Positions 39,083 to 48,909 are shown, counted from the first letter of the stretch. The stretch is 64,000 nt of DNA from an uncultured Clostridia bacterium (GCA_947062475.1 CAMSQA010000003.1:31990-95989); one strand, 5' to 3'. Notes: generated by a model from the sequence alone, not told the origin. Numbers and translations: made by a program.

Positions 39083-41686
39083 TTGAATAATCATTCGCTT
39101 TTATTAGGTTTTTTTGATTGGGTTATCTCATTACTCGATAATATTCCTAGAGTGGTCTATTTCTTTTTTGCCGCCTTTACAAGTGGAATAGATGCCCTTC
39201 AATGCATGATCCGAAAGCTTGCTGGACTTGATATATATTGGACAAAATCTGTCAGCAGTGATGCAAATGGCACAGTTGTTGATAAAGCCGTGTTCGGACA
39301 AGATCCTCTTACTGAGTTTATTTATGGAATTTTAGGCATTGGTGACAGTTCTGTCGCTTATAAAGCTTTGAATACAGTTTTTATTTCATTATCAATATTT
39401 GCTCTCATTGTGCTTGCAGTGACAACAATGGTTGCAATAATAAAATCACATTACAGTGAAGAATATCAAAATACCAATCCTTGGAAATATATTTACACTG
39501 CAATAAAGTCAGTTCTTACCTATGCGATATTGCCAGTGGTTGTGGTGATTGGACTTCAACTTTCAGGTCTTATATTAAGGACTCTTGATAATATTACTTC
39601 AGGCACAAGTGCAGAAAAAATTGTAGGAATATATGGAAACAATGTTGTGCAAAATCACTTTGTGTCACAAGAAATTCCAGGCTCTGGTGGAAAAAAATCT
39701 TACACGAGGTATGATTTCTTTGGTGCAGGGACTCCTACAACCTCACAGACCTTTGGCGGAATGCTTTTTAATGCGGCGTCATATTCTTCAAACCGAACAA
39801 GAAATTTTGAGATCACACTACAACAAGCTCAAGCAACAGAAATTTTTGGTCAATCTTGTCCCGAATTTGATAAATTAAGTTCTACCGAAGAAAGACAAGA
39901 ATATGTTGCCTATCAAGTTGATTTTGCATTCTCAAATAATATTGGTTTGAAAAGTAGATTAAAGATAAGTGATTTGCAAGATACTTTCGAAGACGTCAGA
40001 TATTATAAGTCAACAGATTTTCTTGGTGGATTTGGTGTGACGGGATTTATTTCTTCATTCTCAAAATACAATGTTCCTCTTGTTTGGATGTTCTATGACC
40101 TATGGAAATTCCAGTTTATTGTTGCCTTTGGTGGCGGTGCATCTGTTTTGGGACTTATGTTGTCAATCATTATCGGTCTAATGTCAAGACTTATAAAGGG
40201 TGCAGTATTATTCTTGTTATATCCTCCTGTGCTTTCAATAGCACCACTTGATAGTTTTAAAGCATTCAAGTCGTGGGGCGGCGAATTTATGAAACAGATT
40301 TTGATGGCCTATGGTATGGTTGTCGGATTCAACCTGTTGATGATTGTGTTGCCGCTAGTCCAAAATATATCATGGTTTGGACCAGGAATGGGCGTCATTG
40401 ACGCATTGATAAATATGATAATCTTAATAGTCGGTCTGCTTATGACAAAAGACATCATCGCTCTTGCAAGTGGCTTTGTTGGAGGCGCGGATGCTGCCAG
40501 CGAAGGTGATAAATACAAAGCTCAAGTCGCAAGCACTGTCAAAACAGGCTTTGGGACAGCTGCAACTATTGGAGCTGGTGCAATCAGAGCGGGCATGGTT
40601 CCAGGAAGACTGGCTGGAGTTGGTGTTAAATCTATTTCCAGAAAAGTTACTGAACATCGTGATAAAAAAGCTTTGGATGCTTTTGAAGGTGCTGATGGCA
40701 AATTAGATAGCAGCAAATTAGATAAAAATTTCAAAGATGCTCATGTTCTTGACAATGAAATTGATAAAATTGCGCAAGCTGGAATTAATAACAATTTCAC
40801 AAGTTTACAGGGAGACAATAATTTATCTAAAGATCAAAAAGAAAACATTGCAAGAGTTGCAAGACAAACCAACAAAGATGCAAAAGCGGCTGGCAAGTCT
40901 AAAGAAGAAAGAGAAAGCATGGTTAGGGCTGCTGTTGAAAATGAGTTGAAAACTACTAAAGGTGCAGATGGTAAATCAGTTTATAAAAATCTTAGTCAAC
41001 AGCAAAAAGATAATGTTGATGCTTACAAGAAGAATAGCAGAGATGGTGGTCTCTTTATGTCCAAAGAAGATAAAAGAATTGATAAAGAATACAAACAATA
41101 TAAACGTGCAGAAAAAGCTCGAGCAAAAACTATTGTTGGTAAAGATGGTAAGACTGAGCTTAAATATGTGAAAGAAAAAGGGACTACTAAATATAGTAAA
41201 ACTAATTATTCTGATGAAGAAAAAGCATTGCATGCAAAAAATAAGAGTTTGGAGTTCAGAGGTCGTCTAAATGCAACTGGTGCATTTATTAAGAATGGCA
41301 CTATGAAAGGACTTGATAAGTTCTTTGATGCTAAGGCTGCAGGAAAGTCTATGGGTGATGCATTCCTTAAGACTACGATGAAGATGGGGCAGACAGCAGG
41401 TATCGACAAGATGATCAGCGGAATGAAAGATATCTTCAAGGATTCTATGACAATGACTACCAAGAAGTTTACTGGTGATAATCTTGCCAAAGAAAATGCT
41501 GCACAAGCTAAAGCAAGTGCAAATAAACAAGCTGAAATTAGCAGTCAGACTAATAAGCTTCTTGAAAAACTCATCAAGAGCAATGATGAAGTTAAGAGAG
41601 CAAACAATGCAAGCTTTACAAATCTTGCAAATATCATGAAAGAAAACAAACCAAAAGACAACAACGATTCAAAATCTAAAAAATAA
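39083..41686 (+). CDS. Large polytopic membrane protein with a Lys-rich C-terminal tail of about 390 aa
   Basis: AAGGAGG RBS + TTG start. About 8-10 TM in the first 470 aa, then a charged, low-complexity K/A/D-rich tail. No family recognised. Confidence 0.6.
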   Translation: MNNHSLLLGFFDWVISLLDNIPRVVYFFFAAFTSGIDALQCMIRKLAGLDIYWTKSVSSDANGTVVDKAVFGQDPLTEFIYGILGIGDSSVAYKALNTVFISLSIFALIVLAVTTMVAIIKSHYSEEYQNTNPWKYIYTAIKSVLTYAILPVVVVIGLQLSGLILRTLDNITSGTSAEKIVGIYGNNVVQNHFVSQEIPGSGGKKSYTRYDFFGAGTPTTSQTFGGMLFNAASYSSNRTRNFEITLQQAQATEIFGQSCPEFDKLSSTEERQEYVAYQVDFAFSNNIGLKSRLKISDLQDTFEDVRYYKSTDFLGGFGVTGFISSFSKYNVPLVWMFYDLWKFQFIVAFGGGASVLGLMLSIIIGLMSRLIKGAVLFLLYPPVLSIAPLDSFKAFKSWGGEFMKQILMAYGMVVGFNLLMIVLPLVQNISWFGPGMGVIDALINMIILIVGLLMTKDIIALASGFVGGADAASEGDKYKAQVASTVKTGFGTAATIGAGAIRAGMVPGRLAGVGVKSISRKVTEHRDKKALDAFEGADGKLDSSKLDKNFKDAHVLDNEIDKIAQAGINNNFTSLQGDNNLSKDQKENIARVARQTNKDAKAAGKSKEERESMVRAAVENELKTTKGADGKSVYKNLSQQQKDNVDAYKKNSRDGGLFMSKEDKRIDKEYKQYKRAEKARAKTIVGKDGKTELKYVKEKGTTKYSKTNYSDEEKALHAKNKSLEFRGRLNATGAFIKNGTMKGLDKFFDAKAAGKSMGDAFLKTTMKMGQTAGIDKMISGMKDIFKDSMTMTTKKFTGDNLAKENAAQAKASANKQAEISSQTNKLLEKLIKSNDEVKRANNASFTNLANIMKENKPKDNNDSKSKK

Positions 41687-41710
41687 GTTTTCTATGATAC
41701 TTGATAAAAA

Positions 41711-41740
41711 AACACATTGATTTCTCAATGTGTTTTTTTT
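41711..41740 (+). terminator. Rho-independent terminator
   Basis: AACACATTGA/TCAATGTGTT 10-bp stem, TTTC loop, T-run. Confidence 0.85.
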
Positions 41741-41831
41741 ATTTAATCTAAAAGTTATCAGACCGTGTAATTTAAAAAGCAGAAAACATTTATAATAAAA
41801 ACAGATTTTTTAATTTTTTTTGAAAAAAGAG

Positions 41832-41860
41832 TTGACAAATAAATTAAAGTTTGATATATT
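41832..41860 (+). promoter_or_regulatory. tRNA-Val promoter
   Basis: TTGACA (41832-37), 17 nt, TATATT (41855-60). Confidence 0.65.
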
Positions 41861-41871
41861 AATAAGGCAAT

Positions 41872-41947
41872 GGAAGTTTAGCTCAGCTGGGAGAGCATCT
41901 GCCTTACAAGCAGAGGGTCATAGGTTCGAGCCCTATAACTTCCACCA
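41872..41947 (+). tRNA. tRNA-Val (anticodon TAC), CCA encoded
   Basis: Manual cloverleaf: acceptor GGAAGTT/AACTTCC, D arm GCTC/GAGC, anticodon stem TCTGC/GCAGA with loop CTTACAA, T arm ATAGG-TTCGAGC-CCTAT, ACCA end. Confidence 0.92.
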
Positions 41948-41954
41948 TTGCAAA

Positions 41955-41984
41955 AACACACCACTATATATGGTGTGTTTTTTA
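41955..41984 (+). terminator. Rho-independent terminator after tRNA-Val
   Basis: AACACACCA/TGGTGTGTT stem followed by a T-run. Confidence 0.8.
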
Positions 41985-42352
41985 ATTATATACTATATAT
42001 TGTATATTTTGTGATATTAATTTTTTTAGGAACAAAAAAGGCACAACTATACTAAATAGGCCATTAGATAATTTTTATTTTTTATTTCAAAATAATTTAA
42101 ATTTTTTTATTCCATTTATGCACTTATTTTACTCAAAATATGCTTAAAAAGCCGTTATATTAAAATAAAAATTAAAAGATTAGCACTAATTCTTACTTTT
42201 TCGCTTATATATTTATACAATACTACGTTAAAAATTATTTTTATACTGTCAAACTATTGACAAAATTTATTATTTAATTTATATTATTTACATGATAACT
42301 TTATCTTATTGGATTTTGTTATACATAAAAAAGTCAATGTAGGGAGGTAATA

Positions 42353-45300
42353 ATGACTTCAATAAAAAAGCATTTTCTTTTACTTTTTATAGCATTATTT
42401 TCAATTTTTACTCTAGTTTTTGGCACAGCATTTTTAAAATTTAATTCAAATGCTTTAGTAGAAACTGATAATGTGAATGCTGGAAAAGTAGATGGCAAAA
42501 AATATTTCTACAACAACTTGACAACAACTGACAGCAAGGGAGACAGGGTAGAATATACTTTAGCCAAAAAATTTTATAAAATTTTAGACAATTTAAATGA
42601 TGCTGGCGATTTTATCAAAGGCAAAGTTTCTTATGAGCTTAGCGATGTTATATCTTCAGCTCAAATAAAAAGTTGGGTCAGAGATGGCAACCTTGAAATA
42701 CCAAAAGCATTTAGTGCTGCTCGTGATTCTTTCTTAATGGACCATCCAGAGCTGTTTTATATTGATATGTATAAACTTACCATAAGTGCTGGATATTCAA
42801 ACGGTGTTTATTCTGCATACATCGATACTGGTAGAGAGGCAAATGTTTATCGTGATAAAACATTTAAAACAGAATCAGAAGTTCAAAATGCAATTATCAA
42901 TTTCAACAATAAAGTTGAAGAAATTGCCGAAAAAGCAACACAATCTGCTAATCTTGATGAGAGTAGTCAAGGGTTTGATTTAAAATTGGCAAAAGCAGTT
43001 AATGAAGAAATTGCAAACAACGTTGAATATGATTTTGGCACATTAAACGATGCAATAAATGGTCAAAACGTTTTGATTTCAAATATGACATTTTCATCAT
43101 ATGGTGCACTTGTTTACAACAAGGCTGTTTGTGCAGGTTATTCATCTGCTTATAAAGTAATCATGGACTATTTAGATATTCCATGCGTTATGGTAAGTGG
43201 ATATAGCAAAGGCAAAGACGATAGCGGTAACAATACTGGCAACAATGTTGGTCATTCTTGGAACTATGTTTGGTTGGAAACTGCAGAAAAAGAAACTGCT
43301 GATCAACAAAGAAATTCAAAAAGTGTGGAAGAAAAAGTTGGAGAATGGTTTGCTTTTGATACCACATGGAATAGTTTAAGTGCAAATAAAAACAAATACT
43401 CTGCCCTTGATTCAATTTCAGAAGCACGTGAACATATTCCTGATGGAGTAGTTTCTTCTTCTGGTTATGAATTAACATATCCTGCACTTTCAAGTATCAG
43501 TTACAACGAAGCAAATAATCCTGAAATATTGGATCGTGAAATAGAATCTTTTGGTTTGAGTTATAAAAGCGAACACATTTATAATATTGATTTAGATGCT
43601 TATAATGTTTATGAATATTTAAGTTATAATGGCAAAAACTCAAGTGAATTATTGTCTCAAGACGGAATGCGTATGATTGCTCGTTCTCAATATATGAAGG
43701 ATGGCGAAATCAAATGGACTAAATGGCAAGATGTTTACAATTCTACTTTGTATGAAAATTCAGGTTTTGAAGATAAAGAAGGATGTACTTCTATATATGT
43801 AAATCAAAATATTTCTCATTCTCAATATGCAATAATCAAAGATCTAGAACCCGATACAGATTCAATAATCACTGGAAATATCTATTATAGTGATGATGAT
43901 TTGGTTGAAGAACATTTAGTGATTAAAAGTCAATTGTTTGTAAATCAAGCATATGGAACTTATACTGCTCCTCCATATATTGTAAATTCTAAGACTTATC
44001 CAAATGTGGGCGCTGGCGTGATTATAAACGATAATATGGCTGGGTCATCTTCAAGTGCAATTGTGTCAGACAAAAATGCTATTCCTTTTAAAATAGTTTA
44101 TGATGAACCACTTCATATACTTGATAAAACTAAACCTATAGGAATAGATTATAAATCAGACCATGAAAACACTAGACAGTATGCAATTTTTGTTCCATTC
44201 TCAGACGGAAAATATGTTCACTTAACTGCTGATGAAAATGGAGTGATGAATACATTAGAATTTAAGTTTAAGCCAAGTCTTATGTATGAACATAATATGG
44301 AAAGCTATATCTTTATGTTCAATAATGTAGGATCTGCTAAAATTGTTGATAAGAAAATAAATGGAGATTTTGTAAGAACTACTTCAGATAAAGCTCCAAA
44401 TTATGCTTATTATAGCTTTAGTCGTTTTTATATGGCTTGCCCACTAGTATTTGGAGACGGTAGATTATGGGTAGACTGCTGTGCTCAACCTGTTTTGGTT
44501 GACAATTCAGACTTGTCTGAAAATAATTTTAAAGATGAAGAAAACAACAACACCTTCAATGATACTTTAAGAAGTCAAATGATGCTTGTTGTTGATAAAG
44601 TTTCAAAAGAAGTTGAAAATTCAATGTTGAATGAAATCGAAGATGCTGATTCTATAAACATAGATAAAAAAGACATTAAGTCAAGTCAAACTTTTGATAT
44701 TAATTTGCAAATTTGCGGAAAATATAAGAAAATTCCTGATGGAAGCTATGTAAAGATAGCACTTGGTTTTCCTGAAGGTTATGGTCCAAAAGATGAAGGT
44801 GTTACATTTAAGCTATTCCACCGCAAACATTTAGGTGGTGATGAATATCAAATTGAAGAAGTTCCATGTGTTGTCACTAAATTTGGAATTGTAGCTACTG
44901 TAACAAGTTTCTCTCCATACATGGTGGCTGTAGTCCCAACCAACAAAGTTGAAGATAAATCTATTTACGCTTCAATTGATGGCAAAGGCGGAAAGCTTAC
45001 GATGGAAGATGGAAAAATCAGACAAATTGAAGAAGGCGGCAGTTACACTTACACCATCAATCCTGACGAAGGCTATAAGCTTTATAATGTTTCCTTAAAT
45101 GGTGAAAACATCACTGATAGAGTAGTTGACGGAAAACTTGAAATCTCTTATGACGATTTAAAATTCAATAATGAATTGACTATTCAATATATTGCTGAAG
45201 AAGCTGCAGAGCGTTTTGAAGCAAATAATATTGTTGACACTGTAAAAGTAGTGGTTTCTACAGAAGGCAAAGTTGAAATATATGATTATGATACTGATGG

Positions 45301-45421
45301 TTTACCTGTCAGCAACTCAAATGTTAAAATTATCATGATTGTATCAATAGTTGCTGCAGTAATAGTTGTTGCTGGTGTTTCTGTTCTTTTAATAAAAAAG
45401 AAAAAATCTGCAAGACAGTAA
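42353..45421 (+). CDS. Large cell-surface protein with a transglutaminase-like core and a C-terminal TM anchor
   Basis: N-terminal signal/TM. AVCAGYSSAYKVIMDYLDIPC...GHSWNYVWL...FDTTWN (Cys-His-Asp transglutaminase-like). C-terminal anchor IIMIVSIVAAVIVVAGVSVLLIKKKK. Confidence 0.65.
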   Translation: MTSIKKHFLLLFIALFSIFTLVFGTAFLKFNSNALVETDNVNAGKVDGKKYFYNNLTTTDSKGDRVEYTLAKKFYKILDNLNDAGDFIKGKVSYELSDVISSAQIKSWVRDGNLEIPKAFSAARDSFLMDHPELFYIDMYKLTISAGYSNGVYSAYIDTGREANVYRDKTFKTESEVQNAIINFNNKVEEIAEKATQSANLDESSQGFDLKLAKAVNEEIANNVEYDFGTLNDAINGQNVLISNMTFSSYGALVYNKAVCAGYSSAYKVIMDYLDIPCVMVSGYSKGKDDSGNNTGNNVGHSWNYVWLETAEKETADQQRNSKSVEEKVGEWFAFDTTWNSLSANKNKYSALDSISEAREHIPDGVVSSSGYELTYPALSSISYNEANNPEILDREIESFGLSYKSEHIYNIDLDAYNVYEYLSYNGKNSSELLSQDGMRMIARSQYMKDGEIKWTKWQDVYNSTLYENSGFEDKEGCTSIYVNQNISHSQYAIIKDLEPDTDSIITGNIYYSDDDLVEEHLVIKSQLFVNQAYGTYTAPPYIVNSKTYPNVGAGVIINDNMAGSSSSAIVSDKNAIPFKIVYDEPLHILDKTKPIGIDYKSDHENTRQYAIFVPFSDGKYVHLTADENGVMNTLEFKFKPSLMYEHNMESYIFMFNNVGSAKIVDKKINGDFVRTTSDKAPNYAYYSFSRFYMACPLVFGDGRLWVDCCAQPVLVDNSDLSENNFKDEENNNTFNDTLRSQMMLVVDKVSKEVENSMLNEIEDADSINIDKKDIKSSQTFDINLQICGKYKKIPDGSYVKIALGFPEGYGPKDEGVTFKLFHRKHLGGDEYQIEEVPCVVTKFGIVATVTSFSPYMVAVVPTNKVEDKSIYASIDGKGGKLTMEDGKIRQIEEGGSYTYTINPDEGYKLYNVSLNGENITDRVVDGKLEISYDDLKFNNELTIQYIAEEAAERFEANNIVDTVKVVVSTEGKVEIYDYDTDGLPVSNSNVKIIMIVSIVAAVIVVAGVSVLLIKKKKSARQ

Positions 45422-45442
45422 AATTTTTATAGAAATTATAAG

Positions 45443-45476
45443 AAAAAAAGTCCAGAATTTGCTGGACTTTTTTTTA
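45443..45476. terminator. Bidirectional rho-independent terminator
   Basis: AGTCCAG/CTGGACT stem, flanked by A7 and T8, between convergent genes. Confidence 0.8.
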
Positions 45477-45512
45477 ACTTGATAAGAATATTATTTTAAT
45501 CTTTAGAAAATT

Positions 45513-46178
45513 TTAATTCTCGATTATTGTATTTTCTTGTTGTTGCATTTGAGCCTGTCTAAGTTCTTTATTCTCTTTTAGCAGATCTCTTATTTCTTTT
45601 AAGAGATATTCGGTTGAATTTTTCATTTTTTCTTCCTCTTCTGCCTTTGCTTTTTCATCTGCTTCAAGTTTTGCCTTTTCTTCTTCTTGTCTCTTTCCCT
45701 CAAGATAAAGAGCAACAGCTTCTTTGTCTTTTTTATTTATTCCAAGTGATTTAAGTTCTTGCTTTTGCTCTTTTGTAAGTCTGCCTTGTTTTGCTTTGTC
45801 GCTTGCCTCTCTAAGTAGTGCAGAACTTTTCATGACTGCCTTTAGAATCATAAAAAGCACAAACGCGATAAGCAAGAAATCGATGATTGCAGTGATGAAA
45901 GCACCCCAATCGATGTAAATACTTTTGCTTAAATCGATTACATCTGTTGCAAGTCCAGTAGTTGGATCAATTTCATATGCCTTTTTAAGAAAGGTATAAG
46001 CAGCATCAAGCCCACTTCCGCCAAGAGCCAACAGCCAATTTATAATAGGCATAATTATTTTGTCAGTCAGGGCTTTGACAATAGTGCTGAAAGCACCGCC
46101 TATAATCACACCGACAGCCATATCAATAATATTGCCACGACTGATAAAGGCTTTAAAATCTTTAAAAAACTTTTTCAT
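45513..46178 (-). CDS. mscL: Large-conductance mechanosensitive channel MscL with a charged C-terminal extension of about 80 aa
   Basis: MKKFFKDFKAFISRGNIIDMAVGVIIGGAFSTIV...IMPIIN is the canonical MscL N-terminus with TM1. At 221 aa it is longer than usual MscL proteins (about 130-150 aa as I recall). Confidence 0.85.
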   Translation of the reverse strand: MKKFFKDFKAFISRGNIIDMAVGVIIGGAFSTIVKALTDKIIMPIINWLLALGGSGLDAAYTFLKKAYEIDPTTGLATDVIDLSKSIYIDWGAFITAIIDFLLIAFVLFMILKAVMKSSALLREASDKAKQGRLTKEQKQELKSLGINKKDKEAVALYLEGKRQEEEKAKLEADEKAKAEEEEKMKNSTEYLLKEIRDLLKENKELRQAQMQQQENTIIEN

Positions 46179-46319
46179 ATACTTTTATATTCCTCCTTAA
46201 TATTTGATAATTTATTGTATAATAATTTAATATAAAAATCAAATAAATTCTCAATTTTGTCACCGCAAATTTTTAAATAATATAATGATATCGTGGGGGT
46301 GGCAAAAAAGGAGGAAATT

Positions 46320-46460
46320 ATGCCTTGCAATTTAAATTTTAACCAATGTTTTACTGGCCGAAATTATCCAGAGCCAATTTTTACATGCGGAAATATATTT
46401 ATTTCCCTTTTCAACAATGCTTCACCAAACGTTATTGTTTTGCCTGATTTGTTTAATTGA
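46320..46460 (+). CDS. Small Cys-containing peptide (46 aa), function unknown
   Basis: Near-perfect AAGGAGG RBS (46308-46314), 5 nt before ATG 46320: MPCNLNFNQCFTGRNYPEPIFTCGNIFISLFNNASPNVIVLPDLFN. Confidence 0.4.
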   Translation: MPCNLNFNQCFTGRNYPEPIFTCGNIFISLFNNASPNVIVLPDLFN

Positions 46461-46516
46461 TTCAAACTTTGCTTTTAGAAAAAGAAGTTTAAAAATTTTT
46501 TAAGTTAAATTTTTAT

Positions 46517-46602
46517 TTGAGTGGCGGAAAAAACTTAAAAGTTTGCAAAGAATGGTAAGATTACCCATTTAAAAGCGAAGGTCTTTTCCGTTTGCACTCA
46601 AA
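46517..46602 (+). other. Intergenic element with a 15-bp interrupted long-range stem (candidate sRNA or cis-regulatory structure)
   Basis: TTTGAGTG (46517-24) pairs with CACTCAAA (46595-602), and CGGAAAA (46526-32) pairs with TTTTCCG (46584-90). Together they enclose an AATGGTA-AGAT-TACC(C)ATT hairpin (46551-69). Confidence 0.35.
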
Positions 46603-46839
46603 ATTTAATAATGGATTAAAATTTTTAATAAGAAACAAATGCGGAAAAGCAACTTTTTTTGCCATTGAAAAAATTTTTTTAACAAAATAATCAAATTTAA
46701 GCATTTTTTCTTGTTATTTTGCATAAACTAAAAATAGACAAGCCAAAAAAACTCGACAAAGTTGTAATAATTTTATCAAAAAAGTTTGTGTGTTTTAAAG
46801 ATTTTGGTATATACTATATTTACAAGGGAGGGAGAAATC

Positions 46840-46998
46840 ATGGAGGTAAATCTAGCTACTGCAAGAGAGAATATGCTTGAATGGTGGGAAATTTTCAGTT
46901 TTACTGGTGATATCGAAGATGCTCGGGGGCTGATTGAAGCTTCAAAAAATTATGATTTACTTCTCTTAGCAGAGGAAGAAGGAGAATTGGAATTATAG
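46840..46998 (+). CDS. YqzL-like small protein
   Basis: GGGAGGGAG RBS. MLEWWEIFSFTGDIEDARGLIE resembles the YqzL W..F..TG.I..Y pattern. It sits immediately upstream of recO, as yqzL does in Bacillus. Confidence 0.5.
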   Translation: MEVNLATARENMLEWWEIFSFTGDIEDARGLIEASKNYDLLLLAEEEGELEL

Positions 46999-47001
46999 AA
47001 G

Positions 47002-47709
47002 ATGGCATCAACAAAAGTTAAGGCTATAGTTTTAAGCGGGATAAATATAAAAGAAAAGGACAAGCTTATTTCACTTTTCACATTAGAAAAAGGCAAAATC
47101 GTTGTTTCGATGAAAGGCGTGCGAGGTGAAAAGGCAAAACTCAAGGCTGCAAAAGAAATTTTCACGTTTGGTGAATATTGTATTGAAGAAGGCAAGACAA
47201 ATGTAATCACTGCAGTCGACATAATTGACAATTTCTATGACTTATCGAAAGACATTGACAAATATTATGAAGCTTGTGCAGTGATAGATATCGCAAACAA
47301 GATTGCCACAAATGAATCAAATCCAACTCTTTTTATCGAAATTATAAAGGCAATCAAAACATTATGTTATGAAAATGTCAGAAAATATTATGTTTTTGAT
47401 AAATTTATGCTTTCAATTTTGAAAAATATGGGTTATGGTTTTTTATCTGATAAATGCTCTTCTTGTGGACGGGAATTGGAACACAAGTTTTTTAATTTTG
47501 ATATAGGAGAAATAGTATGTGCAAGGTGTCAAAATAGTCTTTGTGAAAAGCTTTCTGATGCGACTTACAGTGCTATGAAACTATTAGATAATGTTGGTTA
47601 TGAAAAACTATCTACAGTCAGACTTGGCGGAATGGGTGAAGTGCAAGCTTATCATGTTTTGACTAAAGACTTTCTTTTTAGGACAGGTCAAAATTTTATA
47701 AATTTTTAA
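47002..47709 (+). CDS. recO: DNA repair protein RecO
   Basis: N-terminal OB-fold pattern (KAIVLSGINIKEKDKLISLFTLEKGKI...KGVRG) and Zn finger CSSCG...CARC. Confidence 0.88.
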   Translation: MASTKVKAIVLSGINIKEKDKLISLFTLEKGKIVVSMKGVRGEKAKLKAAKEIFTFGEYCIEEGKTNVITAVDIIDNFYDLSKDIDKYYEACAVIDIANKIATNESNPTLFIEIIKAIKTLCYENVRKYYVFDKFMLSILKNMGYGFLSDKCSSCGRELEHKFFNFDIGEIVCARCQNSLCEKLSDATYSAMKLLDNVGYEKLSTVRLGGMGEVQAYHVLTKDFLFRTGQNFINF

Positions 47710-47846
47710 GTTTCAACTTTTTAGTCTTTTAATTTAATTTTATCAGTTTCAAAATAACTTGGGCGTAAATAATTTACGTCTTTTTTGTTTGTAATTTTTA
47801 TTTGACTGGAAATTAAGATTTTGATATAATAAACTTGGAGAAAAAA

Positions 47847-48194
47847 ATGAATAAACTACATTCACTTAAACTTAAATCGCAATATTTTGATTTGATTGCA
47901 AATGGTTTTAAAACATATGAAGGCAGGTTGAATGATGAAAAAAGACAGCTGTTTAATATTGGTGATAAAATAATATTCATAAAAGAGCCAAAACAAGATG
48001 AAAAAGTTGAAGCAAAAATTATAAATAAAATTTTTTTTAAAGACTTTGAAGAAATGGCTGAGAAACTTGATAAATCCAAATTGGGATTTCAAGATTCAAC
48101 AAAGCAAGAAATAATAAATACATATTATTCTATCTATGACCATGAGCGAGTTGAAAAGTATGGTGTTGTAATTTTTGAAATTGAATTGATATAA
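47847..48194 (+). CDS. ASCH domain protein
   Basis: LKLKSQYFDLIANGFKTYEGRLNDEKRQLFNIGDKIIF is a typical ASCH N-terminal beta-barrel motif. GGAG RBS before ATG 47847. Confidence 0.7.
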   Translation: MNKLHSLKLKSQYFDLIANGFKTYEGRLNDEKRQLFNIGDKIIFIKEPKQDEKVEAKIINKIFFKDFEEMAEKLDKSKLGFQDSTKQEIINTYYSIYDHERVEKYGVVIFEIELI

Positions 48195-48222
48195 ATTTTT
48201 ATTACTTGAAGGAAAAATTGAT

Positions 48223-48795
48223 ATGAGAATAGGAATAGACCTAGATGGCGTAATTTTTAATAGTGAAAGATTGTATAGAACCTATGGTGAAATATTTGAT
48301 ATGAAGAACGGAGGGAGTGGACAAAAATTCCCAGACTCTCCCGATGTTTGTTATTCTTATGGATGGAGTGAAGAGCTGGCAAACGAATTTATTGAAACAT
48401 ATTTTTATTACATTCAAATGCATTCACCTATTATGGACAATGCAATTGAGATAATAAAAAAGCTTAAAAGTGAGGGGAATGAGCTTATATTAATTACTGC
48501 AAGAGGCTGTATCTCTCAACAAGAGATTGATATTTCGATTAAAAGACTGAAAGAGCATGGCTTGGAATTTGATGGCTTTCATTTTGTTTCCACTGATAAA
48601 CTAAAAGTTTGCCAAGAAGAAAAAATTGATGTCATGATTGATGACTGTATTAATCATATCGAAAAAATTTCAAGTGCAGGCATAAAATGCCTCTATTTTC
48701 GAGATATATGGGCAAGGCCGTGTCACAATAAAAATGTCCTTGAAGTGCATAATTGGGGAGAAATATATAGAAAAATCTTGTCTATGAAAAAGTGA
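48223..48795 (+). CDS. HAD-superfamily 5'(3')-deoxyribonucleotidase-like phosphatase
   Basis: HAD motif I IGIDLDGVI, motif II LITAR, C-terminal DDC motif. Confidence 0.65.
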   Translation: MRIGIDLDGVIFNSERLYRTYGEIFDMKNGGSGQKFPDSPDVCYSYGWSEELANEFIETYFYYIQMHSPIMDNAIEIIKKLKSEGNELILITARGCISQQEIDISIKRLKEHGLEFDGFHFVSTDKLKVCQEEKIDVMIDDCINHIEKISSAGIKCLYFRDIWARPCHNKNVLEVHNWGEIYRKILSMKK

Positions 48796-48909
48796 AAGTT
48801 TTTAAAATAACCTCTGTTTTTGCGATAAAAAAAGAGTTGTTGAAATCAAAAAATATTTTTACATATTTAAAAATATAATATTTAAAATGAATTTATTTGG
48901 GAGGGAAAA

